This document shows positions 40,708 through 49,390 of a stretch of DNA of 64,000 nucleotides, in pieces. The stretch spans positions 81,691-145,690 of the forward strand of contig JAEFAV010000005.1 in NCBI GenBank assembly GCA_016288885.1, written 5' to 3'. Position 1 is the stretch's first letter. Each line of letters starts with the position of its first letter. The position numbers were made by a program, and so were the translations under genes. The notes below the pieces were generated by a model, which was not told the DNA's origin, did no database searches, and saw only the letters and a program-made list of their open reading frames with translations. Origin of the DNA: Saccharofermentans sp. GTDB taxonomy: Bacteria > Bacillota > Clostridia > Saccharofermentanales > Saccharofermentanaceae.

Positions 40708-41192
40708 AAGATAATAGCCTGCCTGTCGTCTGTATTCGGATTATCGTAGATTATACCATTTGCCTTGTATTTCTTAAGGATAAAGTGTGTTGTCGTGGAA
40801 AGGACGCCTTCCATAGTGGCAATCTTCTCTGTTACAAAAGTAGCAATGTCTCTAAGGCTTCTGTCTTCGTAAATGATCATAAGATCAAAACCTCCGGACA
40901 TAAGATAACATGCCGTTACCTTCTCATATTTGCTCAGGATCTGTGCAATATGGTCATAACCCTTGTTCTTTACGGGCGTGATCCTTACTTCTATCATGCC
41001 GATGCAATTGTCAGGTGCCTGTTTTTCCCAATTGATTATCGTGTTATAACCTAAAATGATATTCTCATCTTTAAGTCTCTTGATCTCGGCTTCCACATCA
41101 TCGGCGGTCGTACCAAGCATAACGGCAATCTCTTCGGAAGAAAGCCTTGCATTATTCTCAATCAGTCTTAAAAGCTCTAAATCGTCAATCAT
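40704..41192 (-). CDS. Lrp/AsnC family transcriptional regulator (YugG/AlaR-like)
   Basis: N-terminal HTH (NARLS..EIA.MLG) and RAM domain YLMSGGFDL. Confidence 0.9.
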   Translation of the reverse strand: MIDDLELLRLIENNARLSSEEIAVMLGTTADDVEAEIKRLKDENIILGYNTIINWEKQAPDNCIGMIEVRITPVKNKGYDHIAQILSKYEKVTACYLMSGGFDLMIIYEDRSLRDIATFVTEKIATMEGVLSTTTHFILKKYKANGIIYDNPNTDDRQAIIL

Positions 41193-41218
41193 GTGAACTC
41201 CTTTTCAATAAATATCAA

Positions 41219-41247
41219 AATCTCCCGCAACAAAATTGCGGGAGATT
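41219..41247 (-). terminator. Intrinsic terminator of the malic enzyme gene
   Basis: AATCTCCCGCAA-CAAAA-TTGCGGGAGATT 12-bp stem followed by a T-rich run on the minus strand. Confidence 0.85.
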
Positions 41248-41266
41248 GTTGCTTAATTCAGTATAT

Positions 41267-42439
41267 TCAAATTCTTGCTACGCCTGTGTCGCGGGCAGCC
41301 TGAGCGACTGCAGCTGCTACAGCCTTACCTACTCTGCTGTCGAATGCATCAGGAAGGATGTAATCAGGATTGAGCTCTTCATCAGAAACGATGCCTGCGA
41401 TAGCGTTAGCTGCAGCGATCTTCATCTCATCGTTGATATCAGAAGCTCTTACGTCCAAAGCACCGCGGAAGATTCCAGGGAATGCGAGAACGTTATTGAC
41501 CTGGTTCGGGAAATCGGATCTGCCGGTTGCCATAACTGCAACGCCAGCTTTCTTTGCTTCCTCAGGAAGGATCTCAGGTACAGGGTTAGCGCAGGCAAAA
41601 ACAACAGGATCCTTTGCCATTGTGGCAACCATGTCAGCTGTGAGCACGCCGGGAGCGGAAACACCGATGAAAACGTCAGCTCCGACGATAACATCTGCAA
41701 GAGAACCTGCTTTCTTATCAGGATTTGTGATCTTGGCCATCTCTTCCTTAGCAGGGTTAAGTCCTTCTCTTCCCTCATAGATGGCACCCTTACGGTCGCA
41801 GAGGATAACGTTCTTAAGGCCTCTGGAAATAAGGAGCTTAGTGATAGCTGTAGCTGCAGCGCCTGCGCCGTTAACTACAACGTGGATGTCTTCCATCTTC
41901 TTGCCGACGATCTTAAGAGCATTTGTAAGACCTGCAAGAGTGATTACAGCCGTACCGTGCTGGTCATCGTGGAAGATCGGGATGTCACATCTCTCCTTAA
42001 GCTTCTTCTCGATCTCAAAGCATCTGGGAGCGGAGATATCCTCGAGGTTTACACCGCCAAAGGAACCGGCAAGAAGAGCTACTGTATTAACGATCTCATC
42101 GACATCCTTGGAACGGATGCAGAGAGGGAAAGCATCAACATCGCCGAAAGCCTTGAAAAGCGCGCACTTACCTTCCATAACAGGCATTCCTGCTTCAGGT
42201 CCGATATCACCAAGACCCAAAACTGCGGTACCGTCTGTAACAACGGCAACAAGATTATGTCTTCTTGTATATTTGTAAGAGAGGTCAACATCCTTCTGTA
42301 TTTCAAGACAGGGAGCTGCTACGCCGGGTGTGTAAGCGATAGCGAGTTCTTCCTTTGAACCTACGGGAGCGGTAGCGATTACTTCGATCTTACCTGCCCA
42401 CTCTTCATGCATCTTAATTGCTTTCTCATTAACGTCCAT
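41267..42439 (-). CDS. NAD(P)-dependent malic enzyme (short YtsJ/MaeB N-terminal type)
   Basis: YTPGV, PVMEGK, NLEDISAP, FHDDQHGT, GAGAA, NQVNN. Confidence 0.95.
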   Translation of the reverse strand: MDVNEKAIKMHEEWAGKIEVIATAPVGSKEELAIAYTPGVAAPCLEIQKDVDLSYKYTRRHNLVAVVTDGTAVLGLGDIGPEAGMPVMEGKCALFKAFGDVDAFPLCIRSKDVDEIVNTVALLAGSFGGVNLEDISAPRCFEIEKKLKERCDIPIFHDDQHGTAVITLAGLTNALKIVGKKMEDIHVVVNGAGAAATAITKLLISRGLKNVILCDRKGAIYEGREGLNPAKEEMAKITNPDKKAGSLADVIVGADVFIGVSAPGVLTADMVATMAKDPVVFACANPVPEILPEEAKKAGVAVMATGRSDFPNQVNNVLAFPGIFRGALDVRASDINDEMKIAAANAIAGIVSDEELNPDYILPDAFDSRVGKAVAAAVAQAARDTGVARI

Positions 42440-42583
42440 ATAGCTGAACCTCCAAATAAAATCTCAACTCACATATATTAATATAAATATAAAGAAAAAC
42501 AATTCACGCTGACATAAGAATTTTTAATCAAATCAGCCCTTTTATTGTCGCTTTGAACAGTTATGAGTGAAAATGAGACGTAT

Positions 42584-43420
42584 TCAGATCGCGAAAGGTC
42601 TCTTTCCGTCCTTTATCGGAAAATCCTTCATCGTACAGTAAGCGAGACCTGCAAGCCTTGCGAATGAGAGCCAGAGCCAGGTCGTCAGTGCCGCATCAAC
42701 GATATAAAATGCCGTAAGTGATATCTGAGCAAGAAAAGGAACGGCAAAATCGACTATTATCGCCGCGAAAAGAACTACCGCGATGCTCCTCATGTTGATG
42801 AAATAATACTTTCGGGAAAGCCTGACCGCGTATGGGATTGAACTGAACAAGCCCTTATCGCCCGACAGATAGGCCACAGGAACCGTAAAAATGAAAGGCA
42901 GACCGATAAGTGCCAGAAACATGAAATACATCGTTATCGACACAATAGGAATTGCTACAACGATCGATATAAGCACAAGCAATACAAGTCTTCCAATAAG
43001 TTCAGGGATCTTGATAGGCTTATCGGGAATGTGCGAAATTGCATAATTTACCACTTCAGGATCAGAATCCTTTATCGAGGCTATCTTCTCTTTCCGGAAT
43101 TCCCTGACAAATATCGCAGCATAAAGATAAGCGCTGGTCAGAAGTATTATGACACCGATCACAGCCGAGAACAGATAGATTAGATTTCCGGTACTTAAAG
43201 GGATCTCTGTCATCAGGGCGTTATACTTGTCCGGATCGTATTCGGTCATGCCGTAAACGTTCATGATCCAGTTCTGGAGAGGCGTGAAATCCGTATCTGC
43301 CCAGGGATTGAAATGAATGCCGGCATTAAGGATGACCGTAAGCATGTAAAGGATACGGACTCCCCATCGTTTGCCTACGTTATCTATATCGAAAATGCTT
43401 TTAACTACAGATAAAAACAT
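42584..43420 (-). CDS. Hypothetical multi-pass membrane protein
   Basis: 278-aa ORF with about 6 hydrophobic segments; SD GAGGAG. Confidence 0.75.
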   Translation of the reverse strand: MFLSVVKSIFDIDNVGKRWGVRILYMLTVILNAGIHFNPWADTDFTPLQNWIMNVYGMTEYDPDKYNALMTEIPLSTGNLIYLFSAVIGVIILLTSAYLYAAIFVREFRKEKIASIKDSDPEVVNYAISHIPDKPIKIPELIGRLVLLVLISIVVAIPIVSITMYFMFLALIGLPFIFTVPVAYLSGDKGLFSSIPYAVRLSRKYYFINMRSIAVVLFAAIIVDFAVPFLAQISLTAFYIVDAALTTWLWLSFARLAGLAYCTMKDFPIKDGKRPFAI

Positions 43421-43561
43421 TAAAACTCCTCAAATCATTCAATAACTTATATTACGATAAAACGATTGAATTTGAAAATATTTATTTGAGTCATTATTTA
43501 CTCAGGAAGTAAGACTTGTGATAAAATCTCCCTATTATATTTTTAAGAAGGTCGTAAACAA

Positions 43562-45472
43562 ATGATTGAATTCCACGTTAAACCCGATCTGCTCTATGTA
43601 ATTCCCGCCAGGAATCACTCTGCACAGGACATAAGGAACGTTTTAAGCGCTCATCCCGAGATCAGATTCGTTTCTTTGGCAGCAGTTGACCTCATGGGAA
43701 ACGATACTGATGAAAAGATCCCGATATCAGACTTTATGGACAACATCGAGAATTATCTGGACGGAAAAGCAGTCCAGACAGACGGTTCCTCTGTTGTGCT
43801 TCCCGGCATTGCCACGTTAAATGACGGTAAGGTCGACCTTATTCCCGACAGCAATGTTATCTGGTATGTCGATTATAACTATGAACATATTGATTTTGAG
43901 AGCGGAAAGCCTATCGGAACATTAAGGATCCCTTCTTACCTCAGGCATAATAATGACGAGGTGTGCTCCAGATCCATTCTCAGAAAGAGTGTCGATTTCT
44001 TCGAAAAACAGGTCAAAGAGCGTTTTGCTAACGACTCTTCCCTCTGTGCCGATTACGGTTTTTCACCTGATGAACTTGACCGAATTACACTGATCACAGC
44101 CACAGAGCTTGAATTCTGGGTAAATTCACCGGATGAGATCATAAGCACGGAGCAGCTCTCCATCTCACAGGAACTCAAGGAGTCTTACTGGAAGCGCACT
44201 AAAGGCGTTGTAAGGACCGCACTTGAACAGGTCATAATGATCCTTGAAAATTACGGATTCAATCCGGAAATGGGACATAAGGAAGTCGGCGGCGTTAAAG
44301 CCTCCCTTAATTCTTCCGGTGAATTCCACTTCATCATGGAGCAGCTCGAAGTTGACTGGAAGTATTCCGATGCCCTCCAGGGTGCCGATTACGAGCTTAT
44401 CGCGAGAATTATCATCAAAGAGATATTCAGACTTCACGGTCTTGATGTCAGCTTTAATGCCAAACCTCTCCCTGGCGTCGCAGGTTCAGGTGAGCATACT
44501 CACGTAAATGCAGTAGCTTATCTTAAGAACGGCAAAAAGATCAATCTCTTTGCACCCGAAGATACGAAAGCTGATTTCCTTTCCAGATTCGGCTGGGGCT
44601 CTCTGATGGGAATAATGAAGCACTACAGCAACGTCATCAATCCTTTTGTATCAGCTACCACTGATGCTTTTGAGCGTCTTACACCCGGATTTGAGGCTCC
44701 TACACATTGCGTAGCTTCAATCGGAATGGATGTTAATACTCCTTCGCGTAACAGATCTGTTCTTTTGGGTCTTGTAAGAAGCGAAGACAATAAATATGCT
44801 ACAAGGTTCGAGCTTCGTGCTCCCAATCCTCATACGAATACTTATTTATGCCTTGCATCCGTTTACCAGGCAATGCTTGACGGTATCACCTATGCACTGG
44901 ATTCCGGTAAAGATACGAAAGCTTTGGAAGCGGAATTCATCAAGCCCTATGGTCAGGAAAGCAATTATCTTGAAAAAGACAGACTTTACCGTTGTGAAGA
45001 CGATATTTTCGAGGACATGGATTCCAACGAGAGAGACAGACTCTTCGGTACTCCTGCCGCTACAGTATATGAATCACTTTCCACATTAAAGGATTCCGGA
45101 GTTGCAGAGATACTTTGCAGAGGTAATGTTTTCGATGAACAGCTCCTCTCATCTTATTATCAGGCAATGCTCGTACGTTGGGAGATGGAACTGATGGAGA
45201 AGATAATTCCTGCAAACCTCTCTCTTATAAGGAGCATCACCAGATCTGATGACGGTTCCGTCAGCTATGATGAAAGACTCTGGAACGATATCGAAGATCT
45301 TAAGCTCTTACTTGCAAAGGATACTGACGTTCAGGCATCAATCTTTACAAGGATCAAGGCTGCCGTTAAGTCTGGCGACTGGGAGAAGACTTCAGAATAT
45401 CAGCGCGCAATGAAAAACGCAATGAACGAACTAAAGAACAAGTATAAGACTTACTGCGATAACCAGATCTGA
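43562..45472 (+). CDS. glnA: Glutamine synthetase, long (~630 aa) clostridial type
   Basis: TDGSS, ELEF, HKEV, QLE, GSGEHTH, RLTPGFEAP, NRS, RFELRAPNP. Confidence 0.88.
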   Translation: MIEFHVKPDLLYVIPARNHSAQDIRNVLSAHPEIRFVSLAAVDLMGNDTDEKIPISDFMDNIENYLDGKAVQTDGSSVVLPGIATLNDGKVDLIPDSNVIWYVDYNYEHIDFESGKPIGTLRIPSYLRHNNDEVCSRSILRKSVDFFEKQVKERFANDSSLCADYGFSPDELDRITLITATELEFWVNSPDEIISTEQLSISQELKESYWKRTKGVVRTALEQVIMILENYGFNPEMGHKEVGGVKASLNSSGEFHFIMEQLEVDWKYSDALQGADYELIARIIIKEIFRLHGLDVSFNAKPLPGVAGSGEHTHVNAVAYLKNGKKINLFAPEDTKADFLSRFGWGSLMGIMKHYSNVINPFVSATTDAFERLTPGFEAPTHCVASIGMDVNTPSRNRSVLLGLVRSEDNKYATRFELRAPNPHTNTYLCLASVYQAMLDGITYALDSGKDTKALEAEFIKPYGQESNYLEKDRLYRCEDDIFEDMDSNERDRLFGTPAATVYESLSTLKDSGVAEILCRGNVFDEQLLSSYYQAMLVRWEMELMEKIIPANLSLIRSITRSDDGSVSYDERLWNDIEDLKLLLAKDTDVQASIFTRIKAAVKSGDWEKTSEYQRAMKNAMNELKNKYKTYCDNQI

Positions 45473-45489
45473 ATTTGATTATCGATTTA

Positions 45490-45532
45490 AAGGCTGTCTC
45501 AAAAGCGGATACCGCTGATGAGGCAGCTTTTT
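45490..45532 (+). terminator. Intrinsic terminator after glnA
   Basis: AAGGCTGTCTCA...TGAGGCAGCTT stem with inner AGCGG/CCGCT, followed by a T run. Confidence 0.7.
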
Positions 45533-45542
45533 CATGACCATC

Positions 45543-45574
45543 AAAAGAGGCGTCTCATAGCGAGACGCCCCTTT
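45543..45574 (-). terminator. Intrinsic terminator after the aquaporin gene
   Basis: GGCGTCTC/GAGACGCC stem with T run on the minus strand. Confidence 0.7.
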
Positions 45575-45611
45575 ACCCGGTCGGGTTAATAATGAATCAG
45601 TAATGTACTAA

Positions 45612-46301
45612 TTAATCTTTCTTAGCCATGAACTTATAGCAAAGAGCGGCAAGAGCAGCACCTGCGAAAGGTCCTACGATAAATACCCACAAAGAAGCAA
45701 GAGCGTCACCGCCGGCAAAGAGTGCAGGTCCGATGGAACGTGCAGGGTTAACTGAGGTTCCCGTAAGTCCGATACCCAAAATATGAACCATGACGAGAGA
45801 GAATCCGATTACCACACCGCCAAATGAGCCGTGCTTAAAAGCAGGATCCGTAACGCCAAGGATAACAAGAACAAATATGAAAGTAAGAAGGATCTCTACG
45901 ATAAGTCCTGCGAGAGGGCTTCCGTTGACACCGGCAAGACCATTAGAACCAAGTCCGCCGGTCATGTCTGTGACATTACCAAGAACGAAGATGAGCTTAA
46001 GGCATGCTGCGCCGCAGATTGCACCAAGAACCTGTGAAGCAAAATAAAGGAAGAATTCCTTAACTTCCATTCTGCCGGAAATAAGACAACCCAATGAAAC
46101 TGCCGGATTGATATGACAGCCTGAAATATTACCGACACAATATGCCATGCCGACAATAACGAGTCCGAAAGCAAAAGCGGTAAGAACATAGCCGCCGCCT
46201 GAAGCAGCGTCACAGCCTACCAGCATTGCAGTACCGCAACCAACAAGAACAAGAGTAAACGTACCGATAAACTCGGCAACCAACTTTTTGACTAAGTCCA
46301 T
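45612..46301 (-). CDS. MIP family channel (aquaporin Z-like)
   Basis: Two NPA motifs (HINPAVS, SVNPARS), six TMs. Confidence 0.95.
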   Translation of the reverse strand: MDLVKKLVAEFIGTFTLVLVGCGTAMLVGCDAASGGGYVLTAFAFGLVIVGMAYCVGNISGCHINPAVSLGCLISGRMEVKEFFLYFASQVLGAICGAACLKLIFVLGNVTDMTGGLGSNGLAGVNGSPLAGLIVEILLTFIFVLVILGVTDPAFKHGSFGGVVIGFSLVMVHILGIGLTGTSVNPARSIGPALFAGGDALASLWVFIVGPFAGAALAALCYKFMAKKD

Positions 46302-46350
46302 AACAACACCTGCCTTTAATTGATTTGAGCAGGTATTGTCCTGCCCTTAA

Positions 46351-47526
46351 TCAATTATAAACATATTCCTCGCCGTTAGATTTGATAATTACTTCATTTG
46401 TGTTACCGTTTGAAGACATTTCGACATGTCCGATAACCCTGGATTCGATATTGAAAGATGAAGCGATATCAACGATATCGTAAGCGACTGACTCATCAAC
46501 ATAGAACTCAATGCGGTGACCACAGTTAAATACCTGGTAGAGTTCTTTCATCGGAATCTCACCTGATTCATAGATAGCCTGGAAAAGCGGAGGAAGATCG
46601 AAAAGATTATCCTTAACGTATCTGACACCGGTTCCAAAATCTCTGCACTTAGCCTGTCCGCCACCGGTGCAATGAATGATGCCGTGGACATTCTCTCTAT
46701 ACGAAGCAAGGACCTTGGAGATAACAGGAAGGAATGTTCTTGTAGGAGCAAGGATGGCTTCACCTACTGTTACACTAGTTCCCGGAAGAATATCGGTAAG
46801 ACGGTACTTGCCGCAATATGCCTTGTCTTCACCCAATGTATCGGAGAAAGATTCCTTATAATTCTCGAAATAATACTTATTAAGGAGCATGTGACGGGCA
46901 GCCGTAAGGCCGTTGGATGACATGCCTGAATTATACCTGTCCTCGTATGTAGCCTGACCAAAGGAAGCAAGGCCTACGATGACATTTCCGGGCTTAATGT
47001 TTGCAGCATTGATGACATCAGATCTCTTGGCTCTTGCAACAAGTGTGGAATCAACGATCAGGGTTCTTACAAGATCGCCGACGTCAGCAGTCTCTCCGCC
47101 GCACATAGTGATATTGATGCCAAGACCTGCGAGCTTGGCTATTATCTCGTCATAACCCTCGATAACTTTGGCAATGGCTTTGCCGTCAACGCGGTGCGCA
47201 TTACGGCCGATCGTATTGGAAAGCATAAGATTCCCGGTAACTCCGCAGCATGCGAGGTCATCGGTGTTCATGACCAGTGAATCCTGGGCAAGACCTTTAA
47301 ACCAGTCATAATTACCGGTCTCTTTATACATAAGATAAGCAACGGAGGATTTGGTGCCGGCACCGTCAGCATGAATGGCCGTACAGTAATCGGGATCACC
47401 TGCGAGATCTTCTATGAGCTTGCAGAATGCTCCGGGGAAAACACCTTTTGACTGATTCTTTACAGCTGCTTTAACGTCATCTTTCGTAGGAGAAACGCCT
47501 CTGCTCAAATATGATTCTGCTGACAT
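46351..47526 (-). CDS. purM: AIR synthase PurM, Bacteroidetes-type
   Basis: HADGAGTKS, MNTDD, GGETADVGD, SNG, HCTGGG, VFNCG. Start moved to ATG 47526 (SD GGAGGT). Confidence 0.88.
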   Translation of the reverse strand: MSAESYLSRGVSPTKDDVKAAVKNQSKGVFPGAFCKLIEDLAGDPDYCTAIHADGAGTKSSVAYLMYKETGNYDWFKGLAQDSLVMNTDDLACCGVTGNLMLSNTIGRNAHRVDGKAIAKVIEGYDEIIAKLAGLGINITMCGGETADVGDLVRTLIVDSTLVARAKRSDVINAANIKPGNVIVGLASFGQATYEDRYNSGMSSNGLTAARHMLLNKYYFENYKESFSDTLGEDKAYCGKYRLTDILPGTSVTVGEAILAPTRTFLPVISKVLASYRENVHGIIHCTGGGQAKCRDFGTGVRYVKDNLFDLPPLFQAIYESGEIPMKELYQVFNCGHRIEFYVDESVAYDIVDIASSFNIESRVIGHVEMSSNGNTNEVIIKSNGEEYVYN

Positions 47527-47569
47527 CTCAATACCTCCAAAAAAAAATATGCTGTATATAAGTTTTCCG

Positions 47570-47905
47570 TGCAGACCGGTAAGCCGGGTTCTGTATGTGA
47601 CGATCATCTATCTAGACGTAATATCTCTAAAACGTTCAAGCCGTCTCCTGAGGTTCGCGGACCACGACTACCTCTCCACGACGTTGCTCCGGATGGGGTT
47701 TACAAGGCCGATATGTCTCCACATCGCCGGTGAGCTCTTACCTCGCCTTTTCATCCTTACCCTTTCGGGCGGTTTTCTTTTCTGTTGCACTTTCCTTAAA
47801 GTTGCCTTCACCGGGAACTGCCCGGCATCCTGTCCTTTGGAGCCCGGACTTTCCTCATGCGCCGTGCTTTCGCACCGTTGGCGCCCGCGATCGTCTCGGC
47901 CTGCC
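47570..47905 (-). ncRNA. rnpB: RNase P RNA, class A
   Basis: Minus strand has GAGGAAAGTCCGGGCT, AGTGCAACAGAAA, GGTAAGAGC and ACAGAACCCGGCTTA; ends pair (GCAGGCCG/CGGTCTGC). Confidence 0.95.
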
Positions 47906-47940
47906 CGAAAAACATAGTTTTATTCTATAAATAAACCAAG

Positions 47941-48708
47941 TCAAAGTATAGATGATACTTCGTTGTTATAATTCACAGTAATATTAATTCCCGGATACTT
48001 ATCCGAAAGCAATTTCGCCATCTTGGGCAGATATGCCTGTTCTGTCGCAGAGTGGCCTGCGATTATCGTGTTAATACCCATTTGCTCCAAGCCTACACAG
48101 ATGTGATGCTTGATCTCACCGGATAAAACAGTATCTGCTCCGCTCTTTATCACGGCATTTATGGAATCCTCATCAAAAGATCCGCCCTGGATAAAGACTT
48201 TCCTGACCTTGTTTTCGGGTTTGTTGATAGTAATTATCCCGCTGGAACCGAGATCATCACAAACTTTCCGGCAATAATCTTTAAGGATCATGTCTTCAGG
48301 GAGTTCGTAAACAACACCGCAGACAGCGCCTTCTGCTGCTGAAGGTTCTTCTGCACCGAGCTTATCAGCAATCGCCAGATCACCGAATTCATCCGTAAGA
48401 TCGAGATTTGTATGACAGGCAATTACGGATATGCCTGATTTGACAAGATTAACAAGTGTTCTTCCGACACTGTCATCAACGGTAAGTGTCTTGATCCCGC
48501 CAAAGATTATCGGATGGTGGGTAACTATCAGGTTGGCGCCGGCTTCCCTGGCAGCTTCTATGGCTTTATCGGTAAGATCCAGTGAGACCAGAATGGCTGA
48601 TACCACCTTTTCCCTGTCACCTGCTATCAATCCTACGTTATCGTAATCCAATGCATTTTCGGGCGGAAATACTTCATTAAGGAATAATTCGATATCATTG
48701 ACTTTCAT
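47941..48708 (-). CDS. Nif3-like dinuclear metal-centre protein
   Basis: YDNVGL, THHP, HTNLD, GEIKHH, GHSATE. Confidence 0.92.
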   Translation of the reverse strand: MKVNDIELFLNEVFPPENALDYDNVGLIAGDREKVVSAILVSLDLTDKAIEAAREAGANLIVTHHPIIFGGIKTLTVDDSVGRTLVNLVKSGISVIACHTNLDLTDEFGDLAIADKLGAEEPSAAEGAVCGVVYELPEDMILKDYCRKVCDDLGSSGIITINKPENKVRKVFIQGGSFDEDSINAVIKSGADTVLSGEIKHHICVGLEQMGINTIIAGHSATEQAYLPKMAKLLSDKYPGINITVNYNNEVSSIL

Positions 48709-49390
48709 TATGCTTTCTCTCCTCTAATGCAGATTTAATTACAGGATTGCTTCTCTGTCTTATCTCAAAAAGGCCGTTTAAATGCTTAAAATAATCAGCC
48801 ACTTCTTTATCTCCGCTGCTAAATTTCTTAAGCAATACCGGGCCGTAACAGGCTTCTTCATCAGTCAAGGTCGTGCAAATGCCTTTAAATACGACTCTCA
48901 TACAATTATAGAATATTTCCCTGTCACAACAAACTTTCTCATCCTCAAAAACGAAACCGGTCTTGGAAAGGTAATTTCTGACTATCTCATTTGATTTCTG
49001 GGGCTGGAGTATGAACGTCACGTTTTCCATTACGTGAAAACCGTTATCCTTAAGAGCGCGCGAAAGTATATCTATGATGTTAAGACCGCCCATGCCGGCT
49101 ATAACGATAATATCCCCGGACTGAAGAGGTACGCCTTTCAATCCGTCAGTTACAAAGACTTCAGAGCAGTCTTCAAATCCTGCTTCGGTAAGAGCATCTT
49201 CAGATCTTTGGGCAGGCGCTTTATGTATCTCGGTACAGATAACTGATCCGGCAAGCCCTTCTTCAAGACATCTTACAGCTATATATCCGTGATCAGATCC
49301 GACATCGATTATCCTTGCTGCACCCGGCTCTTTACAGGCATTTCTTACCTGTTCAAAAACCATTTCGAGTCTTTCTGTAAGGATCTGCAT
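48695..49390 (-). CDS. trmK: tRNA (adenine22-N1)-methyltransferase TrmK
   Basis: DVGSDHGY, DGL, IAGMGG, ILQP. Confidence 0.9.
   Translation of the reverse strand: MQILTERLEMVFEQVRNACKEPGAARIIDVGSDHGYIAVRCLEEGLAGSVICTEIHKAPAQRSEDALTEAGFEDCSEVFVTDGLKGVPLQSGDIIVIAGMGGLNIIDILSRALKDNGFHVMENVTFILQPQKSNEIVRNYLSKTGFVFEDEKVCCDREIFYNCMRVVFKGICTTLTDEEACYGPVLLKKFSSGDKEVADYFKHLNGLFEIRQRSNPVIKSALEERKHNESQ

Noticed and set aside
41147-42358. 403-aa plus-strand ORF
   Set aside because: Antisense shadow of the malic enzyme gene; Cys/Ser-rich with no recognisable motifs
47527-47930. ORFs 47549-47917 and 47730-47930, and the purM extension to 47607
   Set aside because: They overlap the RNase P RNA; purM has a good SD before ATG 47526
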